A stretch of DNA of 52,912 bases from a candidate division WWE3 bacterium CSP1-7 (GCA_001443395.1 LDXK01000003.1:33182-86093), one strand, 5' to 3'. Positions 40,758 to 48,661 are shown, numbered from the stretch's first letter. A program made the numbers and translations. The notes: a model not told the origin generated them from the sequence alone.

Positions 40758-41618
40758 ATGAATTCAAGAGAAATTTTTGAACGGGCAAGACAAGAGGGTT
40801 ACGCGGTTGGGGCTTTTAACGCCGCCAATTTGGAGACTCTAAAGGCAATTGCCCAGGCGGCGGGGGCGCAAAAAGCGCCGGTGATCGCCGAGAGCTCCCA
40901 CGGCGAGACCGAATTTATTGAGGCCGCTAACTTGGTTGATGTTGTCCGCAATTTGAGTGAAGAGTTCAGCGTGCCGATGCTCATCAACTTGGATCATTCC
41001 CCTTCGGTGGAGGCGGCCGAGGAGGGCATCGCCGCCGGTTACGACCTGATTCACATCAACGCTTCCAAGCTGCCATACGAGGAGAATGTCGCCGCTACCA
41101 AAAAGATTGCCGAGGAAGCCCATGCGAAAGGGCTCTTGTGCGAGGCGGAGCTGACGCCGATCGGAGGAACGAGCGCGGTCCACGAGGAGAAAGCCGAGGA
41201 CGTGGTGGCTCAAGAGAAGATGACCGATCCGGACCAGGCCGAGGATTTCGTCGGGAGAACGGGGATTGATACTCTCGCCGTTTCGATCGGCAACGTCCAC
41301 GGGGTTTACGCGAGCGAGAAGCATCTCGATTTGGACCTTTTAGCGAAGCTGCGGGAGCGGCTTTCCTGTTTCTTCAGCCTGCACGGGGGGAGTACCATCT
41401 CGGAAGAACAGGTCCGGAATGCGATCAAGATTGGCAAAATCGTTAAGGTGAACGTCAACACCGAACTCCGGATTGCCTACCGGAAAACACTGGAGGAAAC
41501 TCTCAAATCTTCGGATGAAGTGGCGATCTACAAGATTATGCCTCCCGTGATCGCGGCCGTTCAAAAAATTATCGAGGCCAAAATCACCCTCTTCGGCTCC
41601 GCCGGCAAAGCTTCCTGA
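40758..41618 (+). CDS. fba: Class II fructose-bisphosphate aldolase
   Basis: GYAVGAFNAANLETLKAI, LDHS, ...IGNVHG... motifs of class II ketose-bisphosphate aldolases. Confidence 0.85.
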   Translation: MNSREIFERARQEGYAVGAFNAANLETLKAIAQAAGAQKAPVIAESSHGETEFIEAANLVDVVRNLSEEFSVPMLINLDHSPSVEAAEEGIAAGYDLIHINASKLPYEENVAATKKIAEEAHAKGLLCEAELTPIGGTSAVHEEKAEDVVAQEKMTDPDQAEDFVGRTGIDTLAVSIGNVHGVYASEKHLDLDLLAKLRERLSCFFSLHGGSTISEEQVRNAIKIGKIVKVNVNTELRIAYRKTLEETLKSSDEVAIYKIMPPVIAAVQKIIEAKITLFGSAGKAS

Positions 41619-41620
41619 AA

Positions 41621-41652
41621 AACAAAAAAGCAGCGAATTTGGGTTCGCTGCT
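41621..41652 (-). terminator. Rho-independent terminator of 41674-42090
   Basis: AGCAGCGAA (41629-41637) / TTCGCTGCT (41644-41652); minus strand continues TTTTTTGTTTTT. Confidence 0.75.
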
Positions 41653-41673
41653 TGGTAGTCGTTCCCGACAAGA

Positions 41674-42090
41674 TTACCGGTTGAGATAGTCGGTGTAGTC
41701 TTTCTGCACGGTGAAGCCGAAGTGCTTCGCCAGCCGTTGGGCGCGCCGAAACTCTCTTCGGCTTTTCCGGAAGACCCATTTCCAGTTGAGGCTGTCTTTC
41801 AGCAGCTTCTTGGCGTTCTTCTCAGCCTTTTTCCTCTCTGGCGATTTATCCTCGAGATCGATGGACTCGCTCATTCCGGCGAGAAACCCCTTGGCGCAGG
41901 CACGTTGGTAGCGGCGGAAAATGTCGAGTGGCTCGGCCATCGCCATCAGCCTCCCGTCGACCCCCGCTTGCGTCGCATTGCGGCCGAAGTATCGGATGAA
42001 CCGTCGCCGCAAGAACCAGTTCCGGATGGAAATGGCGATCGAAGCCAAAACCATCCCCAACAGCAGATAGAAAAGGGTCCTGTAATCCAT
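41674..42090 (-). CDS. Membrane-anchored basic hypothetical protein (138 aa)
   Basis: RBS GGAGGAGAG; TATAAT on the minus strand at 42121-42126; N-terminal TM. Confidence 0.6.
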   Translation of the reverse strand: MDYRTLFYLLLGMVLASIAISIRNWFLRRRFIRYFGRNATQAGVDGRLMAMAEPLDIFRRYQRACAKGFLAGMSESIDLEDKSPERKKAEKNAKKLLKDSLNWKWVFRKSRREFRRAQRLAKHFGFTVQKDYTDYLNR

Positions 42091-42153
42091 TTCGTCTCTC
42101 CTCCAACTCAGATTTGTCCTATTATACTACCCTACTATGGGATTTCAATCTTT

Positions 42154-42187
42154 CCTCTGCTAAAATAATTCCAAAAGAAGGGAGGCG
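42154..42187 (+). promoter_or_regulatory. Promoter-leader module, copy 1 (extended -10 TGCTAAAAT 42158-42166 plus SD)
   Basis: CCTCTGCTAAAATAATTCCAAAAGAAGGGAGGCG; 30 of 34 positions match 43136-43168. Confidence 0.6.
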
Positions 42188-42189
42188 AG

Positions 42190-42435
42190 ATGCTGACCTG
42201 CGAACTTTCCGTCAACGGCCGGGTGGTTGGGACTCTGACCGCGCACCGAACGACTCGACGGGATGGGAAGGGCCGCTATTCCTACGGTTGTGTCATTCGC
42301 ACTCCAGAGGGAGTCACCCGAAACGCGATTGTCTGGCACGACCCTAGCGACGGGATTTGGGCGCTGGTCCGGTCGGCGATCGAGGATCTCCGCCCGGAGA
42401 AGTGGTTTCCGGGTCCGGACAGGAAGGAGAACTAG
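42190..42435 (+). CDS. Hypothetical protein (81 aa)
   Basis: RBS GGGAGG; immediately followed by the next ORF. Confidence 0.6.
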   Translation: MLTCELSVNGRVVGTLTAHRTTRRDGKGRYSYGCVIRTPEGVTRNAIVWHDPSDGIWALVRSAIEDLRPEKWFPGPDRKEN

Positions 42436-42696
42436 ATGGCCAGGCCGGGTCGAGCCCAGTTCGGGATCGGTCACGTCTGCAGTCTGCCGGGGTTCGGGAT
42501 GAGTCCCGACGATCTTTGCCCGCAGTGCGAGTGCGAGCGGCTGGTGGAGCTCGGGGTTCCCCGCGAGATCGCCTGGCGCGCCGGCCGGATTCGGCAGTTG
42601 ATCGATTCGGGCATTGTTTCTCCCAAGACTATGGAAGGGCTTTGGGAGGATTTTCGGGCGCTGGAACGGGAATACGGAAGTAAGATTCCGTCCTAG
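42436..42696 (+). CDS. Hypothetical protein (86 aa) with a CPQCEC motif
   Basis: RBS AAGGAG; start abuts the previous stop (TAGATG). Confidence 0.6.
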   Translation: MARPGRAQFGIGHVCSLPGFGMSPDDLCPQCECERLVELGVPREIAWRAGRIRQLIDSGIVSPKTMEGLWEDFRALEREYGSKIPS

Positions 42697-42806
42697 TAGT
42701 GAGCGTAGTCGAATCTAGATCGTTTCAAGGGCTGAACTCATCGTTCGGCCCTTCTTTTTATTTTGCTCCCCGTTGTAGAATTACGTTATAGAGAGAGGAG
42801 GGGAGG

Positions 42807-42986
42807 ATGGCGAAAGGGAAAAAGGCGTACCGATCGAGAGAGGAACTGCGTTTGGTTCTGAAGAAATATCGAGAGAGTGCTAAGCGGCTGCGGAAGTTCT
42901 CCGGGTTTACGCCGCTGAATGGGGTGGAGCGGATGGCTCTGGATTGTTTTGAGGCTCTTGGAGAGGCTCTCTATTCTCTTCGATAG
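42807..42986 (+). CDS. Small basic hypothetical protein (59 aa), not in the ORF track
   Basis: My translation MAKGKKAYRSREELRLVLKKYRESAKRLRKFSGFTPLNGVERMALDCFEALGEALYSLR*; RBS GAGAGGAGGGGAGG. Confidence 0.5.
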   Translation: MAKGKKAYRSREELRLVLKKYRESAKRLRKFSGFTPLNGVERMALDCFEALGEALYSLR

Positions 42987-43083
42987 CCTCTTTTTCTTCA
43001 TCGGGATAAACCGCTCCGCCCTCGTCTTCCCAGCGGTGCATGTCTTCTTCGGGATGATTGGGGGGCTCGATCGGCTCGTCCAT
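42907..43083 (-). CDS. Small acidic protein (58 aa) with a WEDEGG motif, not in the ORF track
   Basis: My translation MDEPIEPPNHPEEDMHRWEDEGGAVYPDEEKEAIEENREPLQEPQNNPEPSAPPHSAA*; weak RBS; overlaps 42807-42986 by 80 nt. Confidence 0.35.
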   Translation of the reverse strand: MDEPIEPPNHPEEDMHRWEDEGGAVYPDEEKEAIEENREPLQEPQNNPEPSAPPHSAA

Positions 43084-43135
43084 CCTAAAATAAACCTACC
43101 ACAAGCTACCGTTTCTGTCCTTTATTTTATTTCCC

Positions 43136-43168
43136 CCTCTGTTAGAATAATTCCAAAGAAAGGAGGCG
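43136..43168 (+). promoter_or_regulatory. Promoter-leader module, copy 2 (extended -10 TGTTAGAAT 43140-43148 plus SD)
   Basis: CCTCTGTTAGAATAATTCCAAAGAAAGGAGGCG; see copy 1. Confidence 0.6.
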
Positions 43169-43171
43169 TCC

Positions 43172-43471
43172 ATGCCGAAATTTGGACGCAGTTGGGTGAT
43201 GCTTCGGGCAGGGGTGATTCGCCGCCGGCGAGAGCGCCTCGTGAAACGGTGGCCGCACTCGGAAAAGGAAGAGATGGAGATGTCGGTTGAGGTGTCCGCG
43301 GCGCTACGGGCGCTCCGGCCCGGAACCTACCGGCCGTTCAGACTTCATCGGTTGCTGGACCAGTTTCCTAATTTCATGGTTACTCGTGGGGGTCATGAAA
43401 TGGTCGAAAAGGGCCTGGCGGAGTGGACGCCAAATTCCCGCCTCAAGATTCTGCCGAAGGAGAAGAGGTAA
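43172..43471 (+). CDS. Hypothetical protein (99 aa), paralog of the next gene
   Basis: RBS AAGGAGG; C-terminal QFPNFMV...MVEKGLA...SRLKILPKE shared with the next ORF. Confidence 0.6.
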   Translation: MPKFGRSWVMLRAGVIRRRRERLVKRWPHSEKEEMEMSVEVSAALRALRPGTYRPFRLHRLLDQFPNFMVTRGGHEMVEKGLAEWTPNSRLKILPKEKR

Positions 43472-43734
43472 TGTACCAGAACTGGGCGGAGATGGGTGGT
43501 GGTTCGGGCATGAGCGCCGCCGAAGAGCATGCTCTCTACGAAGGCGCCTTTGAGGTCGTGAAGCAGCTGCCGCCGCGGGTGTACTCTCCGGATGGGGTTG
43601 CTCGCCGGGTGCCGCAATTCCCCCGGTACACCGTGATGGCGGCGATTTGGAGAATGATCGACAAGGGTCTGGCGAAAATGACGCTGGCGTCCCGCGTCCG
43701 GATTCTGCCGCCGAAGGAGGAGTCGAATGGTTGA
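43471..43734 (+). CDS. Hypothetical protein (87 aa), paralog of the previous gene
   Basis: Start moved to ATG 43471 (TAATG overlap, RBS AAGGAG); QFPRYTV...MIDKGLA...SRVRILPPKE. Confidence 0.6.
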   Translation: MYQNWAEMGGGSGMSAAEEHALYEGAFEVVKQLPPRVYSPDGVARRVPQFPRYTVMAAIWRMIDKGLAKMTLASRVRILPPKEESNG

Positions 43735-44254
43735 TTCGCAGGGACGGGAACGGAGATGGCTGAATAGGGTTATGTGGGAATCTGGTCGTACTCTGTTCTG
43801 CACTCCGGCGGAGGTGTTTGGAAAGGGCATTAACCCTTTCTATCCGCAATCCGACGAACCTCCTGCTCGAGTGGACAAAATCCACGTGGGGTTGGTCAAG
43901 GCGCTGTTGGAGAAATCCTGGTGCGCCGAAACGGCCACGAGAGGCAAGTGGTCGTCAGAAGTGCCGAGCCTGAATCAGTGCAAGGTTTCCGCCCTGGTCG
44001 TTCAGGAATTGCTGGGCGGTGAACTCCTCCGGTGCGATATGACCAACGGCGATAGCCATTACTGGAATCGGTTGCCGGACGGGTCGGAGGTTGATCTGAC
44101 CACCGACCAGTTCAGGCACATTGATGGCAAACCGCTGCGGGAGACCGTGATCGTGATGGACCGGTCATACGTCTTGAGCTATCCCGACACGATGCGCCGA
44201 TACGCTATTCTCTTGCAGCGGGTGGCGTATGCCCTCTGGGGAGAGCCGGAATGA
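43727..44254 (+). CDS. YunG-like hypothetical protein (175 aa)
   Basis: RBS AAGGAGGAG; 8-nt overlap with the previous gene; ...NQCKVSALVVQELLGGELLRCDMTNGDSHYWNRLPDGSEVDLTTDQF resembles the YunG family (from memory, unverified). Confidence 0.5.
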   Translation: MVDSQGRERRWLNRVMWESGRTLFCTPAEVFGKGINPFYPQSDEPPARVDKIHVGLVKALLEKSWCAETATRGKWSSEVPSLNQCKVSALVVQELLGGELLRCDMTNGDSHYWNRLPDGSEVDLTTDQFRHIDGKPLRETVIVMDRSYVLSYPDTMRRYAILLQRVAYALWGEPE

Positions 44255-44268
44255 TCTTGATCTGTTTC

Positions 44269-44298
44269 AAGGACCGAAACCCCCGTTTCGGTCCTTTT
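44269..44298 (+). terminator. Rho-independent terminator
   Basis: 12-bp stem AAGGACCGAAAC / GTTTCGGTCCTT then TT. Confidence 0.75.
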
Positions 44299-44310
44299 CC
44301 TGTCGGTTGG

Positions 44311-44348
44311 AAAAAATAAAAAACTCGTCAGGGGGATTGACGAGTTTT
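44311..44348 (-). terminator. Rho-independent terminator of the minus-strand membrane-protein genes
   Basis: AAAACTCGTCA / TGACGAGTTTT; minus strand continues TTTATTTTTT. Confidence 0.75.
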
Positions 44349-44365
44349 GGTTTCCGAACCGACGA

Positions 44366-44587
44366 TCAGCCCAGCGCGTACAGGACGGGACCAACGATGA
44401 AGAGGGCCCCGGTGGCGATGAAGACCAGGCTGCCGCACCCGAGCGCGATGTGTCCGGGCTCGAAGCCGAGGTCTCGGATGTCGCGGTAGGTGTACTGCAC
44501 GCCCAAGATACCCCCGGCGAGCGCCGCCAGACCGAGCACGAGCGCTTTGGCGTCGAGCAGATTCACGAACGTTAGGAAGTCAGACAT
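44366..44587 (-). CDS. Small membrane protein (73 aa)
   Basis: Start moved to ATG 44587 (RBS GGAGGATAAC); two hydrophobic segments. Confidence 0.55.
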   Translation of the reverse strand: MSDFLTFVNLLDAKALVLGLAALAGGILGVQYTYRDIRDLGFEPGHIALGCGSLVFIATGALFIVGPVLYALG

Positions 44588-44620
44588 GTTATCCTCCGAC
44601 AACGCTAAGACGTTCGGCAG

Positions 44621-44851
44621 CTAGCGACCCGGAATCCGAATGTACCATTGGACACCAGTCATCGGAACCAGTCCAAATGTGCCGGCGATGAGGAACAGGC
44701 CCTCAGCGATAACGACCACCCCGCTGATTCGTAAAAATGTCGGGATCCAGCGGTATGATCCCTGCGCCACATCGTTCGGCACGATCAAGGCCATCCAGAT
44801 GCCGCCGAGTATTGCCAGCAGGCCGATCAGGAGCGATCCTCCATCAAACAT
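44621..44851 (-). CDS. Small membrane protein (76 aa)
   Basis: RBS TAGGAGGCAACG; extended -10 TGTTATAAT on the minus strand at 44935-44943. Confidence 0.6.
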   Translation of the reverse strand: MFDGGSLLIGLLAILGGIWMALIVPNDVAQGSYRWIPTFLRISGVVVIAEGLFLIAGTFGLVPMTGVQWYIRIPGR

Positions 44852-45105
44852 CGTTGCCTCCTAAAGAAACTAGGAGCTACGGCGGATTGACTCTGCGGAA
44901 CTACGGGTGTTACCCCTTCTCCAAACGAATACCCTAATTATAACACACTATGGGTCAATAATAAAGTGAATCTTCTGGATCGGTGGGCTTTTTTTGCCGG
45001 TTGGAAACCGCTACCCCTCTCCTAAACCGTATCCTATAGCAGTTGATTTTCTGGAATAGCTAGGGTATAATTGAACCATCTCTGACACAGGCAAAGGAGG
45101 CTAAG

Positions 45106-45360
45106 ATGTCAGTTGCCGATAGAGCCATCGAGGTGGGCGAATTCCAGATGAGATTCATCCTCATCGCCCTTCCGTTCATCGCCTTGGCCGTCTACGGTTT
45201 TGAGCGCTTCATCGCGGCGGGAGCTTCGCCCGGGGACGAGGTAATCCTCTTTGTCGCGTTCCTGTGGCCGATGGTTCTCGCGGCGCTCGTGCCCACCATC
45301 GCCGTTTTTGCCCTCGTTGAACATCTTCGAGAGCGGCGGAAGCGAGGGAAGAGCGCGTGA
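45106..45360 (+). CDS. Small membrane protein (84 aa)
   Basis: TATAAT at 45066-45071, RBS AAAGGAGG, terminator follows. Confidence 0.6.
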   Translation: MSVADRAIEVGEFQMRFILIALPFIALAVYGFERFIAAGASPGDEVILFVAFLWPMVLAALVPTIAVFALVEHLRERRKRGKSA

Positions 45361-45368
45361 CGTACCTG

Positions 45369-45401
45369 GGACCAGATTCTTTACGGATCTGGTCCTTTTT
45401 T
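45369..45401 (+). terminator. Rho-independent terminator
   Basis: GGACCAGAT / ATCTGGTCC then TTTTTT. Confidence 0.8.
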
Positions 45402-45469
45402 GTTCTTTACCCTTGAAACATTAAAATGCCGTGTTAATCTTATAGCAACTCGGAAAGGAGAAAGAGGCC

Positions 45470-45775
45470 ATGGCATCGGATAGCGCCGTTCGTTTGAAGG
45501 AGAGCTGGGCGGCAATGCCGGCGGAGTTCTTTGAGCCGCTGACTTTTGGGGAGCTTGAGAAATACGATCGGTTCATTTGCCTCCCATCACCGGGGGACAA
45601 CCACGGTCACGGTGGGTTCAGGGGGACGGAGTACGTCTTCGTCAAGACCGAGCAGATCGTCACCGAGGTGACCCCCGGTCTTTCTTACGGCATTCCCCAC
45701 GGGAGAGCTAGAAACTTCTTTCGGGGAGTCCCCAGCGATTTTCCTCACTCGATGTTTGTAATCAGGATTCTTTAG
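45470..45775 (+). CDS. Hypothetical protein (101 aa)
   Basis: RBS GAAAGGAGAAAGAGG. Confidence 0.55.
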   Translation: MASDSAVRLKESWAAMPAEFFEPLTFGELEKYDRFICLPSPGDNHGHGGFRGTEYVFVKTEQIVTEVTPGLSYGIPHGRARNFFRGVPSDFPHSMFVIRIL

Positions 45776-45807
45776 ATCATTTCGCCACATCCCGAGAGGA
45801 GAGAAGG

Positions 45808-46065
45808 ATGAAAAGATCAAACCTCACGCTGGTCTTATTGGTTGCTCTGATCGTTGTTGCCGTGGCGATAATTGTCATCGCCAGTGGTCCCCGAAGTGAG
45901 ATCGTGAGCAGGTCGGTAACCATTCCGGGAGAGAGTGTCAGGTTGGATTGGCATTCGGTCAATCCTCCCCGACCGGGACTAACATGCTGGGCCGCTGAGA
46001 TTTCCGAGTCTTTTGGATACCTCGGCTACGGCTATTCCTACATCTACTGCGAGCCCTCTTCTTAA
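45808..46065 (+). CDS. Small secreted/membrane-anchored protein (85 aa)
   Basis: RBS GAGAGGAGAGAAGG; N-terminal TM. Confidence 0.55.
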   Translation: MKRSNLTLVLLVALIVVAVAIIVIASGPRSEIVSRSVTIPGESVRLDWHSVNPPRPGLTCWAAEISESFGYLGYGYSYIYCEPSS

Positions 46066-46086
46066 CAAGAGGGCTTTTTCTTTTTT
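46053..46086 (+). terminator. Rho-independent terminator
   Basis: GCCCTCTT / AAGAGGGC then TTTTTCTTTTTT. Confidence 0.8.
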
Positions 46087-46092
46087 CGTTAC

Positions 46093-46122
46093 TAAAAAAC
46101 CCAACGGGTTAGCGTTGGGTTT
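46093..46122 (-). terminator. Rho-independent terminator of the ASCH gene
   Basis: AAACCCAACG / CGTTGGGTTT; minus strand continues TTTTTT; the ASCH stop codon lies in the loop. Confidence 0.7.
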
Positions 46123-46573
46123 GGGAGGCGAGCAGAGCTTGGCGCACCGGTTCGGAGTCCACCCGGAACAGCTTCAGTGCGCCCTTGTACGGAATCGGTT
46201 CGGAGAACGGTCGCTGGTCTTCTAGAATCCAGGCGTAGGCGGTCTCGAGCGGAAATTGGCCGGTATCCAAGTGCCGGTCGCCCTCTTCTTTCCAGGTTTT
46301 CCGCGTGAATCGGAGGATTTCAGCCAGCTTGACACTGCCGATGATGGCTCCTCGCGGAACCGTTTCCATCGGGAATCTCCACATCGCCACTCGATCAAAC
46401 GTCATGCCGGCGTGGATCAGAAGCCGACCGCGGTACTTGGTCGCCCAGGTCCGGATCTCAATATCCTTGAGACCGAGGACGATCAAATTAGCCCAGGGTT
46501 GCCGGACCGACAAGGCCAACAAGCCGTTATTCGGCCATTCGCCGAATCTAGGTTCGCGGAGCGAGCCGTCCAT
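46109..46573 (-). CDS. ASCH domain protein
   Basis: LSVRQPWANLIVLGLKDIEIRTWATKYRGRLLIHA is the typical ASCH (PUA-like) N-terminal pattern. Confidence 0.7.
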   Translation of the reverse strand: MDGSLREPRFGEWPNNGLLALSVRQPWANLIVLGLKDIEIRTWATKYRGRLLIHAGMTFDRVAMWRFPMETVPRGAIIGSVKLAEILRFTRKTWKEEGDRHLDTGQFPLETAYAWILEDQRPFSEPIPYKGALKLFRVDSEPVRQALLASQTQR

Positions 46574-46662
46574 CTTCTCTCCTTTCGATCAAGACTGGTT
46601 CTAGGTTAGCACGGGGCGGGGGAAAATCAACGGTCTCCGATTTGTGGTAAAACTAGATTGAA

Positions 46663-47259
46663 ATGGGAAAACGTAGTGGAATCGCCTTTATCTTTATTCT
46701 CATCATCGCCGCCTTGGCGATCGGAACGGTTGCGTACGTCGGAACGAATCCCGATTTGGTCAACACTATTACCCAGAAAATCAAGGATATTATCACCCCC
46801 GGAGCCCCGATCGGGAATCTCACCCCCGCCCGCGATCTCACCGGAACTTGGGTTTCCTCTCTTAAGGGTAAAGGAATGGAGTTATACGGCAGTTTTCCTC
46901 TCGGCGGTGCCGGGACGGCTGTGGTGTATCAAAACAGCGATGTCACGTTGAAAATCACTTCGGTTTCCGGAAACACGGCCAGCGGTACTATTACCTACAC
47001 CAATCTGTGCACTTGGGGTTCGACGACGGTTACTGGTTACGGTGCCATTTCTACTCCGAAAACTTGTGTGAACGTGGGAGCGACGCCGATCAGCATCAGG
47101 GTCAGCGGGAGCCGACTTGATTTCGGCACGGTCAGCGCTGGCGGCGCGACGGTGACAATGCAGGGGAACTTCACTACCGATCTGATCTCGGGAACGATGA
47201 CGATGACCTCCGCCTACGGAGTTATTAAGGGCGAATTCCATTTAATTCGGAAAAAGTAA
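46663..47259 (+). CDS. Membrane-anchored hypothetical protein, paralog of 6219-6737
   Basis: N-terminal TM; LTPARDLTGTW, VSGSRLDFG, GNFTTDLISG shared with 6219-6737. Confidence 0.6.
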   Translation: MGKRSGIAFIFILIIAALAIGTVAYVGTNPDLVNTITQKIKDIITPGAPIGNLTPARDLTGTWVSSLKGKGMELYGSFPLGGAGTAVVYQNSDVTLKITSVSGNTASGTITYTNLCTWGSTTVTGYGAISTPKTCVNVGATPISIRVSGSRLDFGTVSAGGATVTMQGNFTTDLISGTMTMTSAYGVIKGEFHLIRKK

Positions 47260-47287
47260 CTGGAGAAAATCAACGTCGGTTGGACCG

Positions 47288-47638
47288 TTAACTGATTAGA
47301 GCGTTGAGGATGAGGAGTTTTATGAGGACAAGAAGAAAGAAAGCGAACAGCCAGCCGGTGGTGTAGAGAACCAGATCGGCGGCTTCTTTTTTCTTGCCGT
47401 CGAAGAAGAGCTGGTAGGGGTGGTAAAAGACCAGCAACCCGCAGACCAGGACCGAAACGCTGAGAAGAATCAGCATCAACGTCGGACCGAGAACGTTTCC
47501 CATTTGACCGAAGAGGATGTTTCCACTCCAGAGAACCGACCCGACTAAAGTGCAGTAGGCCGCCACTCCCAACGCCTGCAGGAATCCTAGCTTTGGGATG
47601 GATATTTTCGGTTTTTTTCCAAACAAATTTCCAAACAT
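47288..47638 (-). CDS. Integral membrane protein (116 aa)
   Basis: Start moved to ATG 47638, 1 nt after the cupin stop (TAAAATG); the upstream part of the track ORF is a Pro/Thr/Arg-rich shadow of the cupin gene. Confidence 0.55.
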   Translation of the reverse strand: MFGNLFGKKPKISIPKLGFLQALGVAAYCTLVGSVLWSGNILFGQMGNVLGPTLMLILLSVSVLVCGLLVFYHPYQLFFDGKKKEAADLVLYTTGWLFAFFLLVLIKLLILNALIS

Positions 47639-47639
47639 T

Positions 47640-48038
47640 TTATACGCTATTGTGTCCGTCGAAGTGCTCGTCGTCGGCCTCCGCCGCCGCCTTGGTGGCG
47701 TGAACGACGCCGTCCCGGTGGTTGGGCGGGGAGTAAACGGTGTAGAGCTTGAGGGGTTTATCTTGGGAGGTGTTGATGATGTTGTGGCGAGTACCGGCGG
47801 GGACAACGACGACGCTGGTCGGTCCGATCTCGTGCTCCTCCCCTTCCAGGACCGTCTTTCCGGTGCCCTCTTCAATCCGGAAGAACTGGTCGACGCTCTC
47901 GTGAACCTCCTCGCCGATGTCCTCGCTCGGTTTGAGGGTCATCACGACGAGCTGGCTGTGGGGGGCGGTGTAGAGGACCCTCCGAAAGTTCTCGTTCCCT
48001 AGAGTTTCCTTTTCAATATCGGTGACGTATCCGGGCAT
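47640..48038 (-). CDS. Cupin domain protein
   Basis: ...LKPSEDIGEEVHESVDQFFRIEEGTGKTVLEGEEHEIGPTSVVVVPAGTRHNIIN (cupin motifs 1 and 2); start at ATG 48038 or 48080. Confidence 0.75.
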   Translation of the reverse strand: MPGYVTDIEKETLGNENFRRVLYTAPHSQLVVMTLKPSEDIGEEVHESVDQFFRIEEGTGKTVLEGEEHEIGPTSVVVVPAGTRHNIINTSQDKPLKLYTVYSPPNHRDGVVHATKAAAEADDEHFDGHNSV

Positions 48039-48087
48039 CTGTTCGGTCAAATTATAGCGAATTTGTGGGAGTGCTATCATTCAAATA

Positions 48088-48573
48088 ATGTTGAAAATCA
48101 ATCTCAAGTTTATGAAGAAGAGCAAGCCGTTGGCCAAGCGGTTGAAGGCCTGGGCCGGCAAACGTCCCCTTTGGTTGAAGTTCGTGGTGGCGGTCGTCTT
48201 GCTCTCTACTCTTACTTCCTTGCTCGCCGTCGGTCTCTACGACCGCTACTACGGCAGCAGTCCCTGGAGCAACAAGATGCGGTTTGTGAAAGAGGCGCTG
48301 GCGGTTTGCAATCAAGCCCAGACTCTCGCCGCCACCGTGGTTGATTTCGGCGACTGGCCGTTGGCAAAGGATTACGGCTTGAAGGGGGAGTCGTTGGACA
48401 ATATCTCCGGTTATCTAGACGGCGCCGGGGCTTTGGGTTCCGGGGACGTCCCCACCACCGGCGAAGCTGCGGTCGCGGTCTCCTGGCTCAAGCAGAAATA
48501 CCCCGATTATTTCACCTCCAAATCCCGTTGCGAGGAAATGTCGACGGAATATCAGGAGAAGTACGCCTACTAA
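48088..48573 (+). CDS. Membrane-anchored hypothetical protein (161 aa)
   Basis: Basic N-terminus then a TM; divergent from the cupin gene. Confidence 0.5.
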   Translation: MLKINLKFMKKSKPLAKRLKAWAGKRPLWLKFVVAVVLLSTLTSLLAVGLYDRYYGSSPWSNKMRFVKEALAVCNQAQTLAATVVDFGDWPLAKDYGLKGESLDNISGYLDGAGALGSGDVPTTGEAAVAVSWLKQKYPDYFTSKSRCEEMSTEYQEKYAY

Positions 48574-48637
48574 CGTAGGCTAGCTTTTCCTACGGAAAAG
48601 GACGCGTATTAAAAATACGCTGACTTTTCTCAAACTC

Positions 48638-48661
48638 GCTCTCAATCGGAGAGCTTTTTTC
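48638..48661 (+). terminator. Rho-independent terminator (third of three consecutive hairpins 48574-48661)
   Basis: GCTCTC / GAGAGC then TTTTTT; preceded by hairpins CGTAGG/CCTACG and GCGTATT/AATACGC. Confidence 0.65.

Noticed and set aside
42786-43290. Track ORFs 42786-43001 (-) and 42919-43290 (+)
   Set aside because: They lack an RBS and are compositionally odd. The region is better explained by the SD-preceded 59-aa plus ORF, the WEDEGG minus ORF, and the promoter-leader module of 43172.
43304-43885. 193-aa and 145-aa minus-strand ORFs across 43.3-43.9 kb
   Set aside because: They are low-complexity Pro/Ser/Arg-rich translations antisense to three plus-strand genes that have strong SD sites and start/stop coupling.
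6219-47259. Diversity-generating retroelement target/template relationship between the two paralogs
   Set aside because: The similarity is only at protein-motif level. There is no near-identical nucleotide repeat with A-specific differences, and no reverse transcriptase gene in the window.
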